Below are positions 32,947 through 39,890 of a stretch of 42,839 nt of DNA, piece after piece; positions within the stretch are counted from its first letter, which is position 1; each line of letters begins with the position of its first letter. Both the position numbers and the translations under genes were made by a program. Below the pieces are notes generated by a model. It ran no database searches. It was not told where the DNA came from and was given only the letters and a program-made list of their open reading frames with translations. The DNA is from a virus: the IMG/VR virus record IMGVR_UViG_3300020815_000001. The stretch is one strand, 5' to 3'.

Positions 32947-33170
32947 TTTAAAAGTCTCATTTTATCCATGAATTCTTGCTGCGCCCGCTCCACGATCTTG
33001 TTGATTCGTCGGACGTAGTGCGTGTGCTCTTGGCAGTTAATGGCGCCAAGCGCGTAAGCCATCTCAATGGCCATGCGCGTTTCGGCTTCCAGCGTAGACG
33101 TGGTGTCACCGGCCAGCATCTTATCAATGCGTGACTCGATTATTCCGCTTGCTATTACGTGCTTGCTCAT
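32943..33170 (-). CDS. Hypothetical early protein (75 aa)
   Basis: ATGA overlaps on both sides. Confidence 0.5.
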   Translation of the reverse strand: MSKHVIASGIIESRIDKMLAGDTTSTLEAETRMAIEMAYALGAINCQEHTHYVRRINKIVERAQQEFMDKMRLLK

Positions 33171-33301
33171 AGATCGCCGCCATAGTCGTTATCTGGTGGG
33201 TCGAAGTCGTCGAATGCTTTCTGGCGCCGCTCGGCGTCGGTTAGGCCATCTTCTGGCTCATCGTCGTCATCTGGCTCTAGCCATCGGTCATGCGGGGTCA
33301 T
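33167..33301 (-). CDS. Micro-ORF: 44-aa highly acidic protein
   Basis: MTPHDRWLEPDDDDEPEDGLTDAERRQKAFDDFDPPDNDYGGDL. ATGA overlaps at both ends. Below the ORF-track cut-off. Confidence 0.55.
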   Translation of the reverse strand: MTPHDRWLEPDDDDEPEDGLTDAERRQKAFDDFDPPDNDYGGDL

Positions 33302-33537
33302 TTCGACAGATCCTCAAAATGAAATTTAAATGCACCATCTGCGAAAGTTACCGGACTGGCTGCACATACCGGCTTTCCATCGACAGTGAACAAGCCGCCA
33401 GTACATGCTAGCCTTTTTGAGGCTAGCCCCTCCCATGCTGAGCAGCCAAGGTTTCTTTCCACGCACTCCTTTACAAGCGCTTCAAACTTTTCGTGCGCCT
33501 GCTTCTGAATATCTGTAGCCATATCATTACGCATCAT
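33298..33537 (-). CDS. Hypothetical early protein (79 aa)
   Basis: ORF in the operon context. Confidence 0.5.
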   Translation of the reverse strand: MMRNDMATDIQKQAHEKFEALVKECVERNLGCSAWEGLASKRLACTGGLFTVDGKPVCAASPVTFADGAFKFHFEDLSK

Positions 33538-33547
33538 CTCAACCCCA

Positions 33548-33760
33548 TTATTTCATATCTCTAGTGATATCTTTAAGATTGTCAAGGATGCCTATAAGAC
33601 CCATGCCTATCTCTCTAACAGTCGGAGCTTGAACCTCTCCAGCCATAACCATCTTTCGGCTATCTCTTAACTCATCATCAGTCATTCCGCCTCTGATAAT
33701 TGCTAATGTATCCCCATTTTCTTCAATATCTTTAAGTGCGAAATCTCTGATTAAGCTCAT
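33548..33760 (-). CDS. Hypothetical early protein (70 aa) in an AT-rich islet
   Basis: Its composition is visibly AT-richer than the flanking genes. Confidence 0.5.
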   Translation of the reverse strand: MSLIRDFALKDIEENGDTLAIIRGGMTDDELRDSRKMVMAGEVQAPTVREIGMGLIGILDNLKDITRDMK

Positions 33761-33772
33761 AATAATTCAACC

Positions 33773-34195
33773 TTACTTCGGCTGGTGCTTGGCGCGCTCG
33801 GCCATCATGGCCTTGGCGATTACGTATGCGCGTTCGGCGATGTAGTCCGGACTCTTTGCGGCAAACGTGGTAAACGTTGCCACGATGTTAAGCGCCGCAA
33901 TCGCGAAGTCATCCAGCAGGTCGCTGTCGTGGCTTTCTCGGTCAATCACCTCAACCGCTGGAACCGGATCAACCGGCGCACGGAACACCTGAATCAGCGC
34001 GTCGAACTCGACCGGCGATGTAACGACACCTTTGGCGTTGTGGCAAAAAGCCTTCCAGCCCTTGTCGGTGATGTCCTGCACCTGAAGCGACTGCCACTCG
34101 CCTTTCCCGTCCCGGCACTTGAACCCGCGAGCCTCAAGGAACTTTCTGAATGCTGGGATTTCTTTGGCGATCAGCCTGGATTGTATTTTAGTCAT
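33773..34195 (-). CDS. Hypothetical early protein (140 aa)
   Basis: ORF in the operon context. Confidence 0.5.
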   Translation of the reverse strand: MTKIQSRLIAKEIPAFRKFLEARGFKCRDGKGEWQSLQVQDITDKGWKAFCHNAKGVVTSPVEFDALIQVFRAPVDPVPAVEVIDRESHDSDLLDDFAIAALNIVATFTTFAAKSPDYIAERAYVIAKAMMAERAKHQPK

Positions 34196-34217
34196 TTCAT
34201 TTCCCCGATTTGGTCGA

Positions 34218-34301
34218 TTACAAAACAGTCCAGAGTGTCCAGGCTGTCACGGTTAAGGCGACTGTAAGAGCGCCGATGAATGCTGCGGATGGATTAGTCA
34301 T
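34218..34301 (-). CDS. Micro-ORF: 27-aa hydrophobic single-TM peptide
   Basis: MTNPSAAFIGALTVALTVTAWTLWTVL. The ATG immediately follows the upstream TAA. Confidence 0.45.
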   Translation of the reverse strand: MTNPSAAFIGALTVALTVTAWTLWTVL

Positions 34302-34589
34302 TTAGTCGTCATGCCCGATTGCTTTAAGTTTGCTGATCCGGTCGATCAGGATGTTTTGTCGGCTCTGACTTTCAGCGCGATCCTTGCGAAGCTCTTCTTC
34401 AAGCCCTTCAATCTCAAGCGTTTCAAGATTGAACGATGGAACATCTTGCTCAATCGTAAAGGCCTTCAGCAGCTTCTTGTCTGTGATATGCGAGGACGTC
34501 GAGGCATCAAACGACAGGATCTGAATGTCGCCCTTGCTGTAGCCATGAGTAGTGACATGCATGTAAAGCGTGAACTGTTGAACGGCCAT
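34302..34589 (-). CDS. Hypothetical early protein (95 aa)
   Basis: SD AAGGAAA precedes ATG 34589. Confidence 0.5.
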   Translation of the reverse strand: MAVQQFTLYMHVTTHGYSKGDIQILSFDASTSSHITDKKLLKAFTIEQDVPSFNLETLEIEGLEEELRKDRAESQSRQNILIDRISKLKAIGHDD

Positions 34590-34602
34590 CTGATATTTCC
34601 TT

Positions 34603-34716
34603 TTAGTTAAGTGTGATTAGGCAGGCTGCTAGCGCCGACCATGCAATAACGCTTGCGAAGATCCAGGCGAAGAGTGCGCCGCCTGAGCTGGGTTCCTGAT
34701 ATTCGATTTCGTTCAC
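34603..34716 (-). CDS. Micro-ORF: 37-aa single-TM peptide, first gene of the leftward operon
   Basis: VNEIEYQEPSSGGALFAWIFASVIAWSALAACLITLN. GTG start with AGGAG 7 nt upstream. Confidence 0.6.
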   Translation of the reverse strand: MNEIEYQEPSSGGALFAWIFASVIAWSALAACLITLN

Positions 34717-34836
34717 GATGATTCTCCTGTGATTTCCACGTCAGGCCCTGTCGCCAAGGCCTGCTATGAAAATTCAAGATTGTTTCTGTCGAGTTGTTAA
34801 AGAGCGGCTGGTTCGGTGTTCGTGTTGCTGAGACGA

Positions 34837-34865
34837 ACTATAAGATCCATCCTTTCCTACGTCAA
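34837..34865 (-). promoter_or_regulatory. Leftward early promoter (sigma70-like)
   Basis: Minus-sense TTGACG-17 nt-TATAGT. Confidence 0.65.
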
Positions 34866-34889
34866 CATAATTCTTAAGTTATTTTTAGG

Positions 34890-34918
34890 TTGACTCGCGC
34901 AAGAATAGCCGCAACAAT
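34890..34918 (+). promoter_or_regulatory. Rightward early promoter (sigma70-like)
   Basis: TTGACT-17 nt-AACAAT, 28 nt upstream of the cro-like ATG. It is back-to-back with the leftward promoter, with 24 nt between the -35 boxes. Confidence 0.5.
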
Positions 34919-34945
34919 GCGCACACATTCACGGAGACACCTTAT

Positions 34946-35149
34946 ATGATGAACCTCGGAAAATCACTAAAAGTCGCATTGGCTAAGAACGCAATGACCC
35001 AATCAGACCTGGCTCGCGCTCAGAGCTGGTCTTTGCGCACCATTAACAAGCTAGCCAACCGTGAGGGCGGATCGGTCAGTGACATTAACAAGCTGTCCAA
35101 AGCGCTCGGCATGAAGGCCAGCGAATTCGTGGCTCTCGGGGAGGACTGA
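34946..35149 (+). CDS. XRE-family HTH regulator (Cro-like position)
   Basis: MTQSDLARAQSWSLRTINKLAN helix-turn-helix. It is the first gene of the rightward operon. Confidence 0.75.
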   Translation: MMNLGKSLKVALAKNAMTQSDLARAQSWSLRTINKLANREGGSVSDINKLSKALGMKASEFVALGED

Positions 35150-35151
35150 TC

Positions 35152-35511
35152 ATGGCTGAATATGGTTTTGTTTACTGCATGAGCAATGTGTGCATGCCGG
35201 GGATTTACAAGATTGGATTTACTCGATCATCCCCTCACCAGAGAGCCGAACAACTTTCATCGTCAACGAGCGTGCCGTCCCCATTTGAGGTTGAGTGGTA
35301 TGTTGAAAGCGACGAGGCCGACTATCTAGAAAAGGCCCTGCATGAATCATTCAAAGGTAAGCGTGTCAGCGTAAATCGCGAATTCTTTAAGGAGTGCCCA
35401 ATCACAATATTTAATGTGATGGATCGTTGCTATCTATCAGAGTGGCTAAGCCCAGATCATTTGTTCCGGCTCGAAAGGATGAAAAAAACATCCGAAGGAT
35501 TGGTGATCTGA
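35152..35511 (+). CDS. T5orf172 / GIY-YIG-superfamily domain protein
   Basis: GFVYCMSNVCMPGIYKIGFTRSSPHQRAEQLSSSTSVPSPFEVEWYV...NREFF matches the T5orf172 motif pattern. It starts 2 nt after the cro-like stop. Confidence 0.7.
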   Translation: MAEYGFVYCMSNVCMPGIYKIGFTRSSPHQRAEQLSSSTSVPSPFEVEWYVESDEADYLEKALHESFKGKRVSVNREFFKECPITIFNVMDRCYLSEWLSPDHLFRLERMKKTSEGLVI

Positions 35512-35512
35512 C

Positions 35513-36367
35513 ATGGCTGCCCTCCCGTACATGCAACTGTACGTGGCTGATTACCTGGCAGATACCGCGCACCTGACCACCGAGGAGCATGGGGCGTATC
35601 TATTGCTGCTATTCAGCTACTGGCAAACCGGAAAACCATTGAGAGGTGATCGATTAGCGTCCGTTGCACGACTGCCTAACGATCGTTGGATTGGCGTTGA
35701 GCCGACGCTAAAAGAGTTTTTCCATGTCGACGAAGGCATGTGGATGCACTTCAGAGTAGAGGCGGATCTTGAAAAAGTAGACAGCAAGTCGAAAAAGAAC
35801 AGCGATGCAGGCAAGGCGTCAGCTAAAGCCAAGGCCCTTGCAAAACAAGCACTTAAGGATTCTCCGACAACGAACGATGAAACGACTGTTGCAACGAACG
35901 TTGAACGAACGAACCAACGAATAGGCAACCACACGCGCTCAGGAGATACAGATACAGATACAGATACAGAACAAGATCAAAAACACTTGTCACCCAGCGA
36001 GCTGGATTCCGAATTGCCGTTGGCGACCGGTAAGCGGACGACTGGGAATATCACCATCAAGCAGCTAATCGCTGAAGGATGTGATGAGCAGCATGCAAAG
36101 GACTGGCTTGCAGTACGCAAGACCAAGAAGGCACCACTAACCATGACTGCCTGGAACGGCGTAAAGGCCGAGGCCGAGAAAGCGTCCATGACTCCAGCGC
36201 AGGCTGTAGAGATGTCAGCTGCGAACGGATGGCAGGGATTCAAGGCGGCATGGGCAGCAAACGAAATATCAAAGAAATCGCCAGCCCAAACCAAACATAA
36301 CGGATTTGCTGATCGCGACTACCACGATGGACTAATTGAGAGGGGAGATGGCAGCTATGGCTTCTGA
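35513..36367 (+). CDS. DUF1376 (YdaU-like) replication initiation-associated protein
   Basis: The N-terminus YMQLYVADYLADTAHLTTEEHGAYLLLLFSYWQTGKPL is typical of DUF1376. A low-complexity central linker carries DNA repeats. It is followed by a DnaC-like gene. Confidence 0.7.
   Translation: MAALPYMQLYVADYLADTAHLTTEEHGAYLLLLFSYWQTGKPLRGDRLASVARLPNDRWIGVEPTLKEFFHVDEGMWMHFRVEADLEKVDSKSKKNSDAGKASAKAKALAKQALKDSPTTNDETTVATNVERTNQRIGNHTRSGDTDTDTDTEQDQKHLSPSELDSELPLATGKRTTGNITIKQLIAEGCDEQHAKDWLAVRKTKKAPLTMTAWNGVKAEAEKASMTPAQAVEMSAANGWQGFKAAWAANEISKKSPAQTKHNGFADRDYHDGLIERGDGSYGF
35867..35922. repeat. Cluster of ACGAAC(G) iteron-like repeats inside the replication gene
   Basis: acaACGAACGatgaaacgactgttgcaACGAACGttgAACGAACGAACcaACGAAtagg. 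Confidence 0.6.
35945..35968. repeat. (GATACA)x4 hexanucleotide microsatellite encoding DTDTDTDT
   Basis: Read directly: gatacagatacagatacagataca. Confidence 0.95.
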
Positions 36368-37145
36368 GCTTACAGACGAAAACGGAACTTATGAAATGGC
36401 CACGTGTGCCGTTCATGGCGAGTACAAGTGCAGACTGAACAAAATATTCAATCGAGTTATGCGCTTAGGGTGCACTGAGTGCAATCGAATCAAAAACGAG
36501 GAAGAGGCTCGGCAGGCGCTTGAAAGCAAAATCGTTCTTGAGCGGTATCAGTTGAGCGTCAAGCTTGGCGCAGCCTTGATCCCTAAGCGGTTCAAGAACA
36601 AAACATTTGACGCATACGAGACGGAAACCCCGCAGCAAGAAGCGGCCTTGGCAAAGTGCATCGCTTACGCTGAGGACTTTGAGGATCACAAGCGCGTCGG
36701 GCGTTGCATGTTGCTTCTCGGGAAGCCAGGAACAGGGAAAACACATCTCGCAATTGCAATCGCCAACGACATCATGACCCATACACAGCACACGGCTGTC
36801 TACAGAACGCTTGGCGGGGTTTTGCATGATATTCGTGAGTCGTATGACTCTGGCGCGCAAACAAGCGAGGCGTGGATCATCAAGGGCCTTGTGACGCCAA
36901 GCCTTTTGGTTCTCGATGAGATTGGAGTTTCGAAGGAAAAGCCAAGTGATTTTGAGCTGACAACCTTGTTTTCAATAATCAATGGACGCTATGAGCGAGA
37001 GTTGCCCACGGTGATCGTGTCTAACCTCGGCCCGAAAGAGCTGGCCCTTTCGATTGGAGAGCGTTCGGCGGATCGCTTGCGAGAAGGTGGCGTTATCGTC
37101 CTCCCCTTCACATGGGAGTCGCAGCGCGGAAAAGAGGGTTTCTGA
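36357..37145 (+). CDS. DnaC/IstB-like AAA+ helicase loader
   Basis: Walker A GKPGTGKTHLA and Walker B LLVLDEIG. An N-terminal CxxC...CxxC is present. ATG 36357 lies 9 nt after GAGGGGAG. Confidence 0.8.
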   Translation: MASELTDENGTYEMATCAVHGEYKCRLNKIFNRVMRLGCTECNRIKNEEEARQALESKIVLERYQLSVKLGAALIPKRFKNKTFDAYETETPQQEAALAKCIAYAEDFEDHKRVGRCMLLLGKPGTGKTHLAIAIANDIMTHTQHTAVYRTLGGVLHDIRESYDSGAQTSEAWIIKGLVTPSLLVLDEIGVSKEKPSDFELTTLFSIINGRYERELPTVIVSNLGPKELALSIGERSADRLREGGVIVLPFTWESQRGKEGF

Positions 37146-37148
37146 TCC

Positions 37149-37283
37149 ATGAAAAAGCGAAACTGGATCGTTCATGTACCGGGGTACAAGCCATTCCCGA
37201 TGGTGGTAATGGATGGCCCGCTAACCCAGTCCGAGGCGCTGGCTGAAGCCCGTGCGATCTGGCCACTTTGTACCGTGAGTTGA
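37149..37283 (+). CDS. Micro-ORF: 44-aa protein
   Basis: MKKRNWIVHVPGYKPFPMVVMDGPLTQSEALAEARAIWPLCTVS. It fills the gap between the dnaC-like gene and the next gene. Confidence 0.55.
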   Translation: MKKRNWIVHVPGYKPFPMVVMDGPLTQSEALAEARAIWPLCTVS

Positions 37284-37291
37284 GGTGATAT

Positions 37292-37555
37292 ATGAAGCTT
37301 TCCCCATTGCAAGAAAATGAAATTCGCATCCGAAAGGATTATCGAACCCTTTCAATTACTGGTCTTGAGCAAAGTATTTTTATGGTGGTTGCTAGGTATC
37401 TCGCAGATCATCCGGCCTGCACATATCGGATTGCCCTGCACATGAAAACCGACTGCCACCACATACGCCCAAAACTTCGCCGCATGGAGAAGATGGGATA
37501 TCTGGTTTCTGAGTCGAACGGATCAAACAACATCGTCTGGAGCCTAACCAAATGA
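37292..37555 (+). CDS. Winged-helix (MarR-like) DNA-binding protein
   Basis: ..IFMVVARYLADHPACTYRIALHMKTDCHHIRPKLRRMEKMGYLVSE... SD GAGGTG. Confidence 0.5.
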   Translation: MKLSPLQENEIRIRKDYRTLSITGLEQSIFMVVARYLADHPACTYRIALHMKTDCHHIRPKLRRMEKMGYLVSESNGSNNIVWSLTK

Positions 37556-37830
37556 ACCGCCAACCAGCCTTCGAAGCCATCTACGCCAAGCAACACGGAG
37601 TACCAGCAGAAAGCCTTGTGCAGTACCGGCACAAATCGAAGGAGGGGTACAACCTTCCGGGGATTGCGAGCCACTATCGGACGTATTGCGACACCCTGGA
37701 TTCGATTGTGGTTGAGATGCCAATGATAAGTTTCTCAATGTTTTCCACAGCGCGAGATGCAAGAGCAGCACAAGAAGGGGTAGACATGGCAAAGACGGCA
37801 CTCACAGCAGCAGGAGTTAAATACAAATGA
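37552..37830 (+). CDS. Hypothetical protein (92 aa)
   Basis: ATGA overlap with the upstream gene. Confidence 0.5.
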   Translation: MNRQPAFEAIYAKQHGVPAESLVQYRHKSKEGYNLPGIASHYRTYCDTLDSIVVEMPMISFSMFSTARDARAAQEGVDMAKTALTAAGVKYK

Positions 37831-37934
37831 TCGCCGGACTTGAGAACCCAGAAAACATTGCATTTGCAATTGGGGCTGGCGCTGGCGCTATTTTCACATA
37901 TACGTGGTATCGAATTAAGGAGATTTTCAAATGA
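37827..37934 (+). CDS. Micro-ORF: 35-aa single-TM peptide
   Basis: MIAGLENPENIAFAIGAGAGAIFTYTWYRIKEIFK. ATGA overlaps at both ends. Confidence 0.55.
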   Translation: MIAGLENPENIAFAIGAGAGAIFTYTWYRIKEIFK

Positions 37935-38080
37935 CCATGCGATCCCACATCCCACGCCCATCCCCTTGGCTGGCGCAGAAAACCAACTGCGCAGAGTGCG
38001 GGCGCAAGCGTAGCTCGGGGAATCACGCGAAGTGCAGCCGGGCGCGGCAGGCTCGGTTTGCGGCGGAGAACTCGAAATGA
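37931..38080 (+). CDS. Micro-ORF: 49-aa basic Cys-containing protein
   Basis: MTMRSHIPRPSPWLAQKTNCAECGRKRSSGNHAKCSRARQARFAAENSK. ATGA overlaps at both ends. Confidence 0.5.
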   Translation: MTMRSHIPRPSPWLAQKTNCAECGRKRSSGNHAKCSRARQARFAAENSK

Positions 38081-38481
38081 GCCTTCCATCATTCCCGCTG
38101 CGCACGGAGCAGGATCGGGCGAGAGCAATCCAGATCCTGCACAAAGTCGACCTGAACCAAGGCATCACATGGACGATGCGCGAGGAAGTCCGCAGTGACG
38201 CGCAGAACCGCCGGATGTGGGCCATGCTGCGCGATGTGTCCAAACAGGTTGTATGGCACGGCAAGAAACTGTCTGACGAGGACTGGAAGCACGTTTTTAG
38301 CGCTTCCGTGGAGCAACAAAGGGCAGTGCCAGGGTTAGACGGAGGATTCGTCGTGCTGGGCGTCTCAACGCGAAAGAAGAGCAAGAAGTGGTTTAACGAT
38401 ATGTTTGAGGTGATGGAGGCTTTCGCGGCTGAGCATCAGGTGAAATTCCAGACGGCGGATCATTGGGGCATTTGCGAATAG
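38077..38481 (+). CDS. ninB: NinB (Orf-family recombination mediator)
   Basis: RSDAQNRRMWAMLRDVSKQVVWHGKKLSDEDWKHVF...GGFVVLGVSTRK closely parallels lambda NinB (RSLDQNRKLWACLGDVSRQVEWHGRWL..WKCVF..GFVVIGQST). Confidence 0.9.
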   Translation: MSLPSFPLRTEQDRARAIQILHKVDLNQGITWTMREEVRSDAQNRRMWAMLRDVSKQVVWHGKKLSDEDWKHVFSASVEQQRAVPGLDGGFVVLGVSTRKKSKKWFNDMFEVMEAFAAEHQVKFQTADHWGICE

Positions 38482-38542
38482 CGCTTTACCGATGCGCCAG
38501 AATCGGTATACTCAGCGAACGGGAGTCGAAACCCGGATGTAA

Positions 38543-38651
38543 TGGATCGAGGGTAACAAAGGTTTTGATTTGCGCTGTTCCTGTTGGGTTGAGTTCCCCC
38601 TCGATCCAGACCCTTCAGGATTTCGACCAGCGCAAATCAAAGCCTTTTTTT
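38543..38651 (+). terminator. Long rod-like terminator hairpin with an upstream segment complementary to its apical loop (candidate regulated terminator)
   Basis: 20-bp stem 38558..38577/38628..38647 (one G.U), extended by 5-bp and 4-bp inner stems, then T7 at 38645..38651. TGGATCGAGGG 38543..38553 is complementary to CCCTCGATCCA 38598..38608 in the loop. Confidence 0.55.
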
Positions 38652-38665
38652 GTGGGTGATCGAAA

Positions 38666-39034
38666 ATGGAAATGTTCGAAGCTAAAACCGCAGAGCTTAT
38701 CGGGCCTGCGCTGGACTGGGCTACCGCCAAAGCATCTGGAACAAAAATTGATGATTCTCGCGGGAAAGAATTGCGGATTGATATTGCACCAGGCTTCCAG
38801 TCTCCATGGGTTCCAAGCGTTAACTGGTATCAGGGTGGCCCTTTGATCGAGAAATATAAGGTTCGATTTGATTATAGAATTGCAGATTTTGGACTTGTTA
38901 TGGCTTCCGCATGCGGGCTTTTATACGACCACGCATACAAAGGATGTGATTCTTACCTTGTGGCGGCATGCCGGGCAATTGTTCATGCCAAGCTAGGCTA
39001 TACCGTCAGCGTGCCAAAGGATCTGATGCAATGA
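38666..39034 (+). CDS. DUF2591 (NinX-like) protein
   Basis: LIGPALDWATAKASG and the C-terminal LVAACRAIV pattern are typical of DUF2591. Confidence 0.65.
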   Translation: MEMFEAKTAELIGPALDWATAKASGTKIDDSRGKELRIDIAPGFQSPWVPSVNWYQGGPLIEKYKVRFDYRIADFGLVMASACGLLYDHAYKGCDSYLVAACRAIVHAKLGYTVSVPKDLMQ

Positions 39035-39222
39035 GCGAATGGATTAAGTGCGAGGATCGGCTACCCGAAGAAACAAAGGGCGAAAGCTTCTTGTGTATTT
39101 TTGAAGGAGGCGGAATGCAAGTTACAGAATGGGTTGAAGATCAGCATCAAGGGTGGTGCTTCTGGTATGGAGACCCAACCCACTGGATGCCACTCCCGTC
39201 GCCGCCGGAGGATTCGCAATGA
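39031..39222 (+). CDS. DUF551 protein
   Basis: MSEWIKCEDRLPEE...HWMPLPSPP. ATGA overlap with the upstream gene. Confidence 0.7.
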   Translation: MSEWIKCEDRLPEETKGESFLCIFEGGGMQVTEWVEDQHQGWCFWYGDPTHWMPLPSPPEDSQ

Positions 39223-39890
39223 ACCTCGCAATCAGCAGCGCCATAACGATGAGCAGCCAGCAGATTGCCGATCTGGTCAATTCACGGCACGACAGCGTAA
39301 GGAGAACGATTGAACGCTTGGCAGAAAAGGGCGTGATCCAACTCCCACCGTTGGTGGAAGTTAAAAACCATCTCGGCCAAACCGTTTGGCTGTTCCAAGT
39401 TTGCAAACGTGACAGCTTTGTGGTGGTCGCCCAGCTTTCTCCAGAGTTCACTGCGGCTCTGGTTGATCGCTGGCAGGAACTGGAAAACGGACAGTCTGTT
39501 GCGCTGCCTAAGTCTTTCGCTGACGCCCTGCGCCTAGCCGCCGACCAGCAGGAGCAGATCGAACAGCAGGCCCAGCAACTGGCAATCGCCGCGCCAAAGG
39601 TTGAGTTCGTCGACAAGTACGTCGAGGCGACCGGCCTAAAGGGTTTTCGTCAGGTGGCAAAGCTGCTGAGCGCCAAGGAGAACGACTTCCGCGAGTTTCT
39701 GTGTGACAACAAGATCATGTACCGGCTTGGCGCAGAGTGGGTGCCGTACGCTAACCACATCGACGCAGGGCGTTTTGAGGTGAAGGCCGGCGCCAGCGAT
39801 ACCGGCCACGCATTCAATCAAGCCAAGTTCACGCCCAAGGGTGTCGCGTACGTCGCCGGGCTTTGGAATAAATCAGGGGAATCGAAATGA
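39219..39890 (+). CDS. Rha-family regulator with KilAC/antirepressor-like C-terminal domain
   Basis: MSSQQIADLVNSRHDSVRRTIERL (Rha N-terminus) and APKVEFVDKYVEATGLKGFRQVAKLL (KilAC-like). ATG 39219 forms an ATGA overlap, with GGAG upstream. Confidence 0.7.
   Translation: MNLAISSAITMSSQQIADLVNSRHDSVRRTIERLAEKGVIQLPPLVEVKNHLGQTVWLFQVCKRDSFVVVAQLSPEFTAALVDRWQELENGQSVALPKSFADALRLAADQQEQIEQQAQQLAIAAPKVEFVDKYVEATGLKGFRQVAKLLSAKENDFREFLCDNKIMYRLGAEWVPYANHIDAGRFEVKAGASDTGHAFNQAKFTPKGVAYVAGLWNKSGESK

Noticed and set aside
34870-34886. Operator palindrome between the divergent promoters (ATAATTCTTAAGTTAT)
   Set aside because: Only the central CTTAAG and the outer ATAA/TTAT pair up. The symmetry is too imperfect to call an operator without binding data.
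35945-35968. Possible CRISPR-like or satellite array
   Set aside because: It is only four 6-nt units with no spacers, lying in-frame inside a coding linker. It is a simple microsatellite.
37674-38384. 236-aa minus-strand ORF
   Set aside because: It is antisense to ninB, which closely matches the lambda NinB motifs, and to the ATGA-coupled small genes upstream of it.
38463-38846. 127-aa plus-strand ORF spanning the ninB-ninX intergenic region
   Set aside because: It reads through the terminator hairpin and overlaps the well-supported DUF2591 gene in another frame.
39122-39616. 164-aa minus-strand ORF
   Set aside because: It is antisense to the DUF551 and Rha-like genes and has a Ser/Ala/Cys/Trp-rich, low-plausibility sequence.
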